64,000 bases of DNA, taken from the IMG/VR virus record IMGVR_UViG_3300025881_000008, positions 1 to 64,000 of that record; one strand, given 5' to 3'. The notes under the pieces are model-generated. The model ran no database searches. It had not been told where the DNA came from and saw only the letters and a list, made by a program, of their open reading frames with translations. The position numbers and the translations under genes were made by a program. Of the stretch, positions 1-9,749 are shown one piece after another. The DNA comes from a virus. Each line of letters starts with the position of its first letter. The stretch's first letter is position 1.

Positions 1-2780
1 ACATCAGTGATCGATGATATGATAGCGGTTACTTTTTCTTTTACATCTTGAGCGTCGGTGATTTTAGAAGTAATTTTAACAACATTATCAACTACTGATG
101 CCAATGTCGTATAAGGTTCTCCTAATTGTAACGCTATTTCTACACCCTTTTCAAAGTTAGATGAAGAGAACCATCCACCACCGTCACCAACACCAGACTT
201 ACCAACTTCTTCAAAGACTCCAGCTAAACCTATAATAAGAGCTTTAGTGTTTTTAGATAGTTTTTTAACTAATGTGCCTACGTTACCAATTGATTTAAAG
301 CCCGTTGGGTTACCATCTTTATCATACCCGGTTGGGAACTTTAAATTAGCCATGGCTTGTACACCATTTGCTAAATTATAGAGAGGTGTACCCATTTTAG
401 TAACAACATTAATACCCTTCTCATATGTAGAACTACTAAACCATGAACTACCTTGAGCTGCGTCAGACGCTCCAACCTCTGCGAATACAGAACTTAAACC
501 TGCTACTAATAATTGTGTATTCTTTATTAAACCTGGAACTACAGTACCAATATCTATTGTTTCGTAGCCAGTTGGATTGCCATCTTTATCAAATCCCGTT
601 GGGAATTTAAGATTAGCCATAGCTTGTACACCCCTTGCAATACCTGTAAGTGCTTTACCCATTCCACCGACAGCTGAAATACCCATAGCAACTACTGATT
701 GTCCACTAGTATTACCCGTTAATGCAGATAATAATGAAGAACCTCCGCCTGGGTATTTTTTTCCGACTTCTGCGAATGTATCAGCTAAACCGCTTACTAT
801 AAAACTAACATTTTGCTTTAATCCTGGTAGATCAGCATCTTCAGCTATACTGGAAAATGCTCTAATACCTGCGACTATACCAACTAATGCTGCTCCAGCT
901 AATATCAACATAGGTGCTCCCATTGCAATACCTGCGACAGAAAGTGGTCCTAATGACATACCATCTGCGATTGCATCCATCGCAACCTCAAAGTTAGTTT
1001 TCTTACCTCCGAAGAAGCCTTTTTCTCCAGACCAGTTAAATGGTTTATTACCTTTTTTATCAATACTACCTAAAGTGGCAAAGTCTATTTTACTAATTGC
1101 TAATAGACCTAAACCTATTGCTATTGTAGCTACACCCGCCACTAACATTGCAGCTGAACCTATTAATATAAATGGTGCTGCTAAACCTGCTGCGGCCATT
1201 GCTACTGCAAGACCTGCAATAACTCCACCCATTACAAGTACTTTCTCTGTTGTTAGGTTTTCAGTTGCTTTTGCAAGTGCAGCAACTCCAAGTGCAATAG
1301 GCAATAAAGCTAAACCTGCTAGTGCCATAGCTGCCGAACCTAATGCTATAGACAATGGAACTGGTCCAATACCAGCAACTCCCATCGCTACAGCTAATCC
1401 AACAATCACCGCTGCCATCATACCTAAATTACCCCAAGAAACTCCATCTAATGCTTTTTTCATTGCATAGACTCCTATTGCTATTACTATCATTGCGCCA
1501 CCCGCAAACATCATCGCTATTGAGCCCTTCTTAATAAACTTTTCGCCAACGCCAGCAAGTGCAAAAACTGCAGCAACTGCGCCTAATACAACTAAAACAC
1601 CAAAGGTTTGAAGAGCATTCTCTGCATCGACTGGGCCTATCAATAATTTAGCTAAGAAAATTGCTACTGCAACTGCTAAAATTGCTCCCGCAGCATACAT
1701 TAATATAGTTGCACCCTTTGTAGTACTCTTACCTAATACTTTATCAATTACATAGAATGCGAGGGCAACAGTACCGACTAATAGTAATACTTTACCTACT
1801 TCATCCCATCCTAATGTAGAAATAATAAGAGAAGATAACACTAATGAAACTGCTACTGATAAAATAGCCATAGATGCAGTTATAAGTGCTCTACTGGTTT
1901 TTCTCATTGCTTTATCAACCTGCATCTTGTCTATTAACCAGAATACACCCGCTAATGTAAGAATTATCAATGATGCAGTGGCTAGACCATATAAAATAGG
2001 TTCTGTTAAAAGTCCGATTAATATCAAACCGACTGAAAGACCTAATAATGCCAATGACAAGGTTTTTAGAGTTTTGGCCATTTTATTTAAACTCTTACCT
2101 ATTTTCATTTTATCTAAGAGCATACCCAATAAACCAAAGCCTAATAAAATAGCTCCGGCGACCAATAGACCTTTTAAAATATAAGGTGCTAGAAGTGACA
2201 TTAAGACTAAACTAGCTGACATTATTAATAATGCCTTACCCACGTCTCCAAGTACAAGAATCTTCTTAAGTGCCTTTTTATCTAATTTCTCAGTGGCCCA
2301 CAATAGACCCTGGATCATAAGTTTTAATAATGGAACCCAGATAATGGCTCCAATACCTGCTAATAGTAATAATGGAGTAGCCAATATCATAGTGGCTGCA
2401 AATTTAAGGATCGAATATCCTACATTGGCTAAAGATAAAAGACCATTGGTTAAAGCTTCCATTTTTAATTTAAGCTCTTTGCCTTCTGGTGCTCTTTCTA
2501 ATGCATCAATAATTACACCTAAACCAAGCCCAATAGGTTTTAGTGCACCTGCAGTAATTCTAAGGACTAATGCTTCTTTAACGGATACTTTACCCCCACC
2601 ACTGCCAGTACCGCCCTTGAGTGCGTTGACAAGCTCATCCATTTTTTTATACAAGTCACCGCCTACCGAAACAGATGCTGCGGTTTGTCCTGTATTAATC
2701 GCTACTTGTTCTAGTGCTTTATTGCCAGCGCCCATTCTTTCAAATGCGCTTGCTAAAAATGGTGGTATTAATGCTGCCAA
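1..2780 (-). CDS. Tape measure protein (partial; runs off the left edge of the window)
   Basis: Not in the ORF track. Hand translation of sampled segments from TTG at 2780 (LAALIPPFLASAFERMGAGNKALEQVAINTGQ...) gives Ala/Gly/Leu/Ile-rich hydrophobic helices and ~89-aa repeats near the edge. It lies downstream of tube and chaperone genes, with a late promoter at 2846-2853. Confidence 0.75.
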   Translation of the reverse strand, partial: MAALIPPFLASAFERMGAGNKALEQVAINTGQTAASVSVGGDLYKKMDELVNALKGGTGSGGGKVSVKEALVLRITAGALKPIGLGLGVIIDALERAPEGKELKLKMEALTNGLLSLANVGYSILKFAATMILATPLLLLAGIGAIIWVPLLKLMIQGLLWATEKLDKKALKKILVLGDVGKALLIMSASLVLMSLLAPYILKGLLVAGAILLGFGLLGMLLDKMKIGKSLNKMAKTLKTLSLALLGLSVGLILIGLLTEPILYGLATASLIILTLAGVFWLIDKMQVDKAMRKTSRALITASMAILSVAVSLVLSSLIISTLGWDEVGKVLLLVGTVALAFYVIDKVLGKSTTKGATILMYAAGAILAVAVAIFLAKLLIGPVDAENALQTFGVLVVLGAVAAVFALAGVGEKFIKKGSIAMMFAGGAMIVIAIGVYAMKKALDGVSWGNLGMMAAVIVGLAVAMGVAGIGPVPLSIALGSAAMALAGLALLPIALGVAALAKATENLTTEKVLVMGGVIAGLAVAMAAAGLAAPFILIGSAAMLVAGVATIAIGLGLLAISKIDFATLGSIDKKGNKPFNWSGEKGFFGGKKTNFEVAMDAIADGMSLGPLSVAGIAMGAPMLILAGAALVGIVAGIRAFSSIAEDADLPGLKQNVSFIVSGLADTFAEVGKKYPGGGSSLLSALTGNTSGQSVVAMGISAVGGMGKALTGIARGVQAMANLKFPTGFDKDGNPTGYETIDIGTVVPGLIKNTQLLVAGLSSVFAEVGASDAAQGSSWFSSSTYEKGINVVTKMGTPLYNLANGVQAMANLKFPTGYDKDGNPTGFKSIGNVGTLVKKLSKNTKALIIGLAGVFEEVGKSGVGDGGGWFSSSNFEKGVEIALQLGEPYTTLASVVDNVVKITSKITDAQDVKEKVTAIISSITD

Positions 2781-2807
2781 TTTTTGTTAGTCTTTTTTAA
2801 GTATAAG

Positions 2808-2835
2808 ACAAACGCTACTGTAATGTAGCGTTTGT
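2808..2835 (-). promoter_or_regulatory. 11-bp perfect hairpin in the tape measure 5' leader
   Basis: ACAAACGCTAC-tgtaat-GTAGCGTTTGT, between the late promoter motif and the TTG start. Confidence 0.55.
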
Positions 2836-2854
2836 TCATACTCTTTATATATCT

Positions 2855-3139
2855 TTAAAATTTAGGCATCTTCATTGAAGGTGCTTTCATTTGTGGGATC
2901 TTAGGCATCGCAGGCGATTTATATTTAGAACTCATTTGGTTCTGTTGTTGCGCCTGTTGTTCTTCTTGATCCTTATTCTGATTATTCTTCTCTTTAATGT
3001 ATTCCGACAGATTCTTAATGTAGTACCAAAACTCGTAGTAGTATAAATTTTCAATTTCTGATGGTTGCATTCTGAGATGTATGCCCAGATAGAACTTAGT
3101 CTTAAAGTAATTCTCCAGCGAGATCTGAAATAATGAAAA
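2855..3139 (-). CDS. gp51-like baseplate hub/tail assembly chaperone extension, probably reached by +1 frameshift from the upstream gene
   Basis: SLENYFKTKFYLGIHLRMQPSEIENLYYYEFWYYIKNLSEYIKE resembles T4-like gp51 small proteins. It overlaps the end of 3102..4103 in the +1 frame and has no convincing start of its own. Confidence 0.6.
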   Translation of the reverse strand, partial: FSLFQISLENYFKTKFYLGIHLRMQPSEIENLYYYEFWYYIKNLSEYIKEKNNQNKDQEEQQAQQQNQMSSKYKSPAMPKIPQMKAPSMKMPKF

Positions 3140-4103
3140 GACTTTTGATGCCACCTGGGAAATCAAGAGGGGCTTTCGCGATCTCCCCGTCGTATTCCAT
3201 TTCAAGTGTTGTTTCAACTCCAATTTTCATTTTCTCAGCAAGTCTATAGATAACCATAAACTTGTTTTGATCCCATGATTTGTAATCAACTTCTAAGTTA
3301 AAGATCTTAGGTAAATTTAATTGTCTCCAATCCGGTGTGATATAAGGTAGAACTTGAATAAACGCTTTGTCAAATTCAACTTCTTTTTCTTGGCGATCCT
3401 TTAGGTATTTAGTGATCTCTTGCATAACACCAATTGAAGGTGGACGCATTCTAACTTCACCAGCAGATCTAGTCTTAATCACATAAGTTCTCTCTTTTGA
3501 ACTATAGTATGCCTCGATTTCATTAGGAACTTGAGTGGCTACCAAATATCTTGAAGCTAATTCGATATCAACTGCTTGTTTGGTGTGTTCAGTCTTACCC
3601 TTTAGAATTAACTTGTTTTCTGGTTCAGGGAAAGTAAGATCTCTGATACTTAATAAGATAACAATTCTATCCTCTTCTAAAATATCCTTATAAGATAATT
3701 TTTTATCTCCTGCAGTAATCTGCGTACACATTTCTACGATATGGTTTAATTTCTCTTCCATATCGATATAGTTATTCTCATCCATAGTTGAGAAGTGTCT
3801 AATCTCAGCAGCCCTCGCAGATCTAATTTTGATAACTGTTTCGTGTGGGTAGAATTTACCCTTTGAAGGTAATTCTTCTTGATCTAAAACCATCCACCCT
3901 AGAAATTGATCAGCTGATTTATCAGGTCTAGCTTGGCCAAAATTATCCATATTGACTTTACCAAGTCCTTTAGATTCTACAGCATTCAACATTTCTACAG
4001 CAACATCCTCAACTTCTTGATTTACCGGAGGATTATTGATATGATCTCTAGCTTCTAGCATTGCTTTAGCAGCTTCTTCTTTTTTGTTTAATTCGTCGCT
4101 CAT
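3102..4103 (-). CDS. gp26-like baseplate hub subunit / tail assembly chaperone
   Basis: ELPSKGKFY, EDRIVILLSIR and C-terminal GGIKSLF motifs typical of the gp26-like family; located between tube and tape measure. Confidence 0.7.
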   Translation of the reverse strand: MSDELNKKEEAAKAMLEARDHINNPPVNQEVEDVAVEMLNAVESKGLGKVNMDNFGQARPDKSADQFLGWMVLDQEELPSKGKFYPHETVIKIRSARAAEIRHFSTMDENNYIDMEEKLNHIVEMCTQITAGDKKLSYKDILEEDRIVILLSIRDLTFPEPENKLILKGKTEHTKQAVDIELASRYLVATQVPNEIEAYYSSKERTYVIKTRSAGEVRMRPPSIGVMQEITKYLKDRQEKEVEFDKAFIQVLPYITPDWRQLNLPKIFNLEVDYKSWDQNKFMVIYRLAEKMKIGVETTLEMEYDGEIAKAPLDFPGGIKSLFIISDLAGELL

Positions 4104-4104
4104 T

Positions 4105-4326
4105 TTATTTGTTATTTAGGTTTTTTACTTTATTTTTAATAAATGACTGTTGTTCAATAGATTTGATACTTAGTTCTTTTTTTATTAAGTCTCTAATCCA
4201 TGCACTAACAGATATCGGTCTAGATTCAGTATCTAGGGCTTCATTTAAGATGACACGGTTTACCGATGCCACCTCATCCTCAGTTAAGAGTACTTGAAGC
4301 TTTTTTGTTAGTTTATGATTATTCAT
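4105..4326 (-). CDS. Small ribbon-helix-helix (CopG/Arc-like) DNA-binding protein
   Basis: KKLQVLLTEDE...ISVSAWIRDLIKKEL strand-helix-helix pattern; likely start MNNHK at 4326. Confidence 0.55.
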   Translation of the reverse strand: MNNHKLTKKLQVLLTEDEVASVNRVILNEALDTESRPISVSAWIRDLIKKELSIKSIEQQSFIKNKVKNLNNK

Positions 4327-4366
4327 AATATTTTGGTATGTTAATAATATATTATATTTATCTTGC

Positions 4367-4402
4367 AAAAAATAAGAAGATAACTTGCGTTACCTTCTTA
4401 TT
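4367..4402 (-). terminator. Intrinsic terminator after the tail tube gene
   Basis: Minus strand AATAAGAAGGTAAC-GCAA-GTTATCTTCTTATT-TTTT (GNRA loop plus U tract). Confidence 0.75.
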
Positions 4403-4417
4403 AAGAGTGTGTGTTTA

Positions 4418-4975
4418 TTAGTTTACTTCTTCAGCGTACACATCAGATCTCCAAGTGATCTCTAATGTTTGTACATCTGCAGCGCTATAATCTAAAGCGT
4501 CTGTGAAACCAAGACCAGATGTGATGAAACAATCATCTAGAGTAATCTTTCTCCAAATGTCACCTTCTCTGTTGAATTGTACGATTACAATTGTTCCTAC
4601 GTAATTCTTTTTCAAGCCCATTTCACCAGTTTCTGGATTATATTGTGCTCTGTACCATTGACGTAATGTTTTGTACAAGTACGCTTGGTTAGAATCGTTT
4701 AGGTTCAATGAAAAGTTAACAGTAACATCGATTGACGTGTTATCTACCATACCAGCGAATGATCTAGTAGCGAACTTATACTTCTGTTCGATGGCTGCAA
4801 CTTCCTTATGTAAACCTGCAAGACCTGAGATAGTATTTACGTGTTGTAATAATAACTCTTGTCCAGCTACACCATCGGGAGGTAGAATTGTCACCTCAAA
4901 CAGGTTAGCCTGTACTGGTTCGAAGTTCTTGCCCTTCTTCTGTGTTTGATCTTCTGAATAATGTGGTAAAGCCAT
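4418..4975 (-). CDS. gp19: Tail tube protein (T4 gp19-like)
   Basis: FEPVQANLFEV...LRQWY...LDYS...LEITWRSD; 185 aa, immediately after the sheath gene. Confidence 0.85.
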   Translation of the reverse strand: MALPHYSEDQTQKKGKNFEPVQANLFEVTILPPDGVAGQELLLQHVNTISGLAGLHKEVAAIEQKYKFATRSFAGMVDNTSIDVTVNFSLNLNDSNQAYLYKTLRQWYRAQYNPETGEMGLKKNYVGTIVIVQFNREGDIWRKITLDDCFITSGLGFTDALDYSAADVQTLEITWRSDVYAEEVN

Positions 4976-5010
4976 AATTTGTATGTGTTTATTTTATATA
5001 TCTAATTTTG

Positions 5011-7857
5011 TTATGCAAAGTTTCCGGTTGCAATTTCACCCGTGTTCAAGATAGTTACTCTCGATACTAAGATCTCAAGACCTTTAACTGGCTCAACAAA
5101 AGTATCTAAGATACCCATATTATTATCGATCACGTCATTGGTGTTGTTTGTTCCGTCCATAATGTTTCTATAGTCGTATACACCCCCGTCTTTCTTCACT
5201 GATTCCATAAATGAATCTGCTAAAGTTTTAATCTCTAATCTAGTTTGAGCGTTGTTGAACTCGAATAAGTAGTTCTTCAAGATCTCTGCAAGACCATCTT
5301 CAATGTAGATCATCGCTTCTCTCACGTGAGCTGAAGACAATGCTGATTGAATTGATTGTTGTGCAGTCTTATTACCTTTGATAGTTAAACCAACTCCTCT
5401 TTCGAATACGATTGGGTTAATACCGAATGGCTCTAAGTTATCTCTGTCATTCTTGTCAAATGCAAATTCTAAACCTTGTACACCTGTACCACCTACAATA
5501 CCTCTTCTTGGACCTGCGATGATTGACCATGGCAATGCGTCTAAGTATTTGTCAATGTAGTTGTTAGATACGTAAGCTGCTGGTGGAATTACTTTAGTTC
5601 TTCCGTTCTCAATTACATTAAGACCAGGAGAGTAGTAGAAACCAAAGTTAGCACCTTCGTTAATAGAAGGTAATGTGTAAACTGCAGTTGGGTTAAGTTC
5701 TAAGTTACCTCCAGTTGCAACTAATCTTGTATCAAATGCACCTGTGAAAGTATCTTTGAATGAAGGGTTAGTAGCTGCTTTAAATTCTTTTACCATTGGT
5801 GCGTTAAGAATTGCAGAAGCATTTTGTCTTTCTTTACAAAGTTGAGTAATTTCTTCTTTGTTAAGGATGCCTCCAGCTTCTAATGAACCAAATGTATCAA
5901 CAATATATCTGAAAGTGATAGCATCTTTATCAAGTAAAGTATTTGACAAACCATTACCTGGTTTCAATTGAGTTAACAATTCAGCGATTGACTTTTCAGT
6001 CTGGGTTGCTGCTGCCAATGGGAATATTGTGTATGTTGTAGTAGACTCTTCATATCTCTTAAGAGAGTAAGCAGGTCTAGAAGATACAGGTCTGTGACAC
6101 TCGAATGTGTACATATTAGATCCACCAACAACTGTTTTGATAATTCTCTTAATTCTTGCTAGTTTACCACCGTCAGCTGGTACATACATACCTACTGAAA
6201 CTCCTGACCAGTCAAATGTGTCATTTGCTAAAGTAGCAGATAAAACAAATCTACCAGCACCTAAATCAGTGAATGAGTAATTGTCAGCCAATGTTGGTAA
6301 CATTACCACTCTAGAGTTAGGCTCAATGTCAGTGTATTCAATTGTTGTAGAAGCTGCTCTTAAAGAAGCTGTAAGTGAACTAGCCGAAGCAGTTTCGTAT
6401 GTTGCACTAAATTCTGCACCGCCTGCAGGTACAACTCTTACAACGTTAGTTCCACCAATATTGTACAATTCAGTTACTGTAGCAATTTGAACATAATCAA
6501 TTCCGTTAGCTGCTAATAAGAAGCTACCTGGGATAAGACTACCTGCAGTCAATAATTGACCCGCTGGTTGTATACCGTCAGTAGGACATGCAATGTGAAG
6601 TTCACCATCAACAACTGTAATTGGACCTGCCAAGAATGTTGCATCAGTTCCAACTGCGAAGTTTTCATAAGTCGAAGACTTAATAGCACCTTCAGCTGTA
6701 ATGATTACATTACCACCATCTTGATCAATACTTGAAATTCTAGTGAATTCACCAGCTACTGCTGATCTTAAGAAACCTGCAGTTGAAATACCTGATGCAG
6801 ATAAATCTCCTGTTGTTGCCCCTTCTATTGTTAATTCATCACCTGAAACACTCATTACTTTACCAAGTGCGATATACTCGCTAGTTGCATCTTGTTCAAC
6901 TCTGTGAGAAAGTACTTTGTAATCTTGGTAAATATCAAAATTATTACCAACTAAGTCGATTTTTTCTAATGCATCTTCGTTGATTGCACAGAATAAACCA
7001 GTTCTTCTAGCTTCGATGTTTATCAAAGTCTCAATGTATAATTGACGACCTTCTTGATCTTGGAATTCAGGAATTAATGAACCGGTGTATTGAGCGATTA
7101 AGCTAACTTCTCTTAAAGCAGTGAATTTAGCCAATGAATCTCTAAAAAGACCTTTGTTATTAAAATAAGATCCGTAAGTTGGGTCATTGTTTAATACCGC
7201 AGCATCATAGTTACCTTTGAATACAAAAACATCTACCATGTAGTCTGATACGTATTCTAGATCTTCGATACCTTCTGGTACATTACCTTCACCATACCAT
7301 TCTCTTGCAGTCATTTCAAAACCTGCAGTGTTAGCAGCTTGTCTTACGATGATTGAGATTGGCTCTTGCTTAATGTTAGCAAAAGTGATTGCATTGTTAG
7401 AAGTAATTGAAGTGTTACCTGCAGCTTCTAATGTTTTAAGATCAGATGGAACCCAAAATTTATCTGTATCAAAAATTGAGCTATATTGAACAGAAGCAGT
7501 AGTAGCGTCTAGACCCTCTTGAGAAGAGTTTGTTGCTGGTGAAACCAATGCAATTCTATCAGCTGCGTCTGCCGCAGTTAAATTTAATGCCAAGATCGGC
7601 CCTCTTGAAAGAGTTTCGATACATGATCTGTGGAAGTACATTCCTTGCTTTTCTAAAGCCTTGTCAATACCACCGAATACTTGAGTAAATTGCTCAACGT
7701 TTTCAATGAATACTGGTGTGTTGTAAGGACCTTTTTTAGATCTACCAACAACAAGTCTAATAGTCTCAGCTGGAATATTAACTGTCTGTGATTTGTCAAA
7801 CTCTAAGCGATATACGCCTGAGCTCTTGAACTGTTGTAATTGAGGACTTAATGCCAT
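5011..7857 (-). CDS. gp18: Tail sheath protein (T4 gp18-like) with large central insertion
   Basis: N-terminal SSGVYRLEFDKS/GPYNTP; C-terminal PWSIIAGPRRG, INPIVF, LFEFNNAQTR, FVEPVKGLE sheath motifs. Confidence 0.92.
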   Translation of the reverse strand: MALSPQLQQFKSSGVYRLEFDKSQTVNIPAETIRLVVGRSKKGPYNTPVFIENVEQFTQVFGGIDKALEKQGMYFHRSCIETLSRGPILALNLTAADAADRIALVSPATNSSQEGLDATTASVQYSSIFDTDKFWVPSDLKTLEAAGNTSITSNNAITFANIKQEPISIIVRQAANTAGFEMTAREWYGEGNVPEGIEDLEYVSDYMVDVFVFKGNYDAAVLNNDPTYGSYFNNKGLFRDSLAKFTALREVSLIAQYTGSLIPEFQDQEGRQLYIETLINIEARRTGLFCAINEDALEKIDLVGNNFDIYQDYKVLSHRVEQDATSEYIALGKVMSVSGDELTIEGATTGDLSASGISTAGFLRSAVAGEFTRISSIDQDGGNVIITAEGAIKSSTYENFAVGTDATFLAGPITVVDGELHIACPTDGIQPAGQLLTAGSLIPGSFLLAANGIDYVQIATVTELYNIGGTNVVRVVPAGGAEFSATYETASASSLTASLRAASTTIEYTDIEPNSRVVMLPTLADNYSFTDLGAGRFVLSATLANDTFDWSGVSVGMYVPADGGKLARIKRIIKTVVGGSNMYTFECHRPVSSRPAYSLKRYEESTTTYTIFPLAAATQTEKSIAELLTQLKPGNGLSNTLLDKDAITFRYIVDTFGSLEAGGILNKEEITQLCKERQNASAILNAPMVKEFKAATNPSFKDTFTGAFDTRLVATGGNLELNPTAVYTLPSINEGANFGFYYSPGLNVIENGRTKVIPPAAYVSNNYIDKYLDALPWSIIAGPRRGIVGGTGVQGLEFAFDKNDRDNLEPFGINPIVFERGVGLTIKGNKTAQQSIQSALSSAHVREAMIYIEDGLAEILKNYLFEFNNAQTRLEIKTLADSFMESVKKDGGVYDYRNIMDGTNNTNDVIDNNMGILDTFVEPVKGLEILVSRVTILNTGEIATGNFA

Positions 7858-7919
7858 AGTTGTTCTTATTTATTTTTTTTAACGTTATTATATATATCTG
7901 CTCTTCTTTTGAAATTTAT

Positions 7920-9749
7920 TTATATTAGGTCATATATGTCATATTGTAAATCTCCGTCTCCTAAATTATCTTTATATAAAACCTTTTCCATTTCTTCATG
8001 GAGATCCGGATCTATAAAATCTAAAAGTTCTTCTATGTAATCTGCATAGTCAGTAGTATTAAAAAACTCTGTAGAACTAATAACAGTCATTACTGTATCA
8101 TCGTTCCCCATCTGAGCCCCATAACCACCTCTTGGTAAACCTCCAAAAAGACTTGCTTCATTTATAGTAGTTTCATCTGTTATATTTATTCTATTTATCT
8201 TATATAGCTTTGCAAAATTCTGACAAAATATAGATTTATTGTCGGATTTTATCTTAATACCTGGTTTTAGGGTTTTAGAATCGTGGCGATGTCTAAACTT
8301 AACAATCATCTCATCATCAAACTCATTCTTTTGAGGGAAAACAGATCTTAAGAATTGGAATAAAACAGAACCATATGTGTTATATTCCACAATCATTTTA
8401 ACATTCTCATTATAGAATATTTCACACGATAGAGTATATAAGACTTTTGCAAAATCTTCAATAACATGCTCGTTCGATCTAAATATACCGACTTGGTTTA
8501 TTTTAAAGAAATCATACATCGCTCCTGGATTTATTGCATTGATAATCTCTTCTTTATTCATTGGTTCTACTTGGAATATATTAATAACCGAATAGTCACC
8601 ACCATTACCTTCTGCAATATCAACTGAAAATACCCAAAAATTCTCTGGATCTTTAGTAGTATCGATATCAAAATCTGGGTCCCATATTAAATGATCTTTA
8701 ACATCAATTGAAATATAATCAAATTCATCAAAATCATGATAAACATATTTCTTCATACGTTTACGCATTTTCTTAAGATCAATAGGATCTAATAATAGAT
8801 TTGATGATGAAACGAATTCATTACCATACTGTCTATTAAATGCCTCAATAGTTCCTAAGTTACCTAATTCTCTTTGGTACCATGCATCATCTCTGTCTGG
8901 GTGTTCCCACCAGTCGATACGCATTGCTTTGTATTCATTATCACCTCTATCAGCAGCAGCATAGATTTCATAAAATTTGTTAAATCCATTTGGTGTTGAT
9001 GTAATTGTAATACGAGATACTTTAGAAGCTGAAAGTGTAGGATAAACGTTTTCATAGAATGCATCCACAATGGTTGGGTGAATGTGTGCAAACTCATCTA
9101 AGTATAAGTTATGAATTGTAAATCCGATACCAGCCTTCGATGTGGTAGCTTGTCCAACTAGTCTACATCCGTTATCACAACGAACATTCATGACATCATA
9201 CTTAATAATACCTGGTTTCATAAAGAATGGAACATTCTCAACTACAACCTTTGCTTTATCGATGATTTCTTTTGTAGAATCAGATTTGTTAGCTAAAAGT
9301 AAAGTGTTTTTATCAGTATTAAAGATTAAGTACCATGCGTTAAAGATCGAGGCCGTAACGGTTTTACCCATTTGTCTCGATGCAAGTACAATATTGAATC
9401 TTTCATTTTGAAAGTTTCTTAACATTCTTTTTTGATACTCCCTGAGTTTTACTTGCTGAATACCGTTATCAGTCATTACTACTGCATATCTCTCTGCGAA
9501 ATAGACAATATCGGTGGCACATCTAGCTAATTCTGTAATCTCTTCATCGGTATATTCAAATACAATATTACCTTTACGTAAAAAGTTTTTACCTTCATAA
9601 AATGGCATAGCAACTTTAGGTCTAAAACCTTGATCCATTGCAACCATCAGATCATTTACTTGTTTAGTAGACCAAACAATTTTCTCTGACATTACTTCAC
9701 CCTCATCCTTGGGGATCCATTTATTATCACCAATATATCCTTCTGACAT
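7920..9749 (-). CDS. gp17: Terminase large subunit (T4 gp17-like)
   Basis: LREYQ, Walker A SRQMGKT, Walker B LYLDEFAH, TSTPNG, nuclease DIAEGNGGDYS and NDDTVM. Confidence 0.95.
   Translation of the reverse strand: MSEGYIGDNKWIPKDEGEVMSEKIVWSTKQVNDLMVAMDQGFRPKVAMPFYEGKNFLRKGNIVFEYTDEEITELARCATDIVYFAERYAVVMTDNGIQQVKLREYQKRMLRNFQNERFNIVLASRQMGKTVTASIFNAWYLIFNTDKNTLLLANKSDSTKEIIDKAKVVVENVPFFMKPGIIKYDVMNVRCDNGCRLVGQATTSKAGIGFTIHNLYLDEFAHIHPTIVDAFYENVYPTLSASKVSRITITSTPNGFNKFYEIYAAADRGDNEYKAMRIDWWEHPDRDDAWYQRELGNLGTIEAFNRQYGNEFVSSSNLLLDPIDLKKMRKRMKKYVYHDFDEFDYISIDVKDHLIWDPDFDIDTTKDPENFWVFSVDIAEGNGGDYSVINIFQVEPMNKEEIINAINPGAMYDFFKINQVGIFRSNEHVIEDFAKVLYTLSCEIFYNENVKMIVEYNTYGSVLFQFLRSVFPQKNEFDDEMIVKFRHRHDSKTLKPGIKIKSDNKSIFCQNFAKLYKINRINITDETTINEASLFGGLPRGGYGAQMGNDDTVMTVISSTEFFNTTDYADYIEELLDFIDPDLHEEMEKVLYKDNLGDGDLQYDIYDLI

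Noticed and set aside
577-2790. Plus-strand ORFs 577..1470, 1927..2184, 2293..2790 and the many other short plus-strand ORFs in the track
   Set aside because: They are antisense shadows of well-supported minus-strand genes, with low-complexity Ser/Pro/Ile-rich translations.
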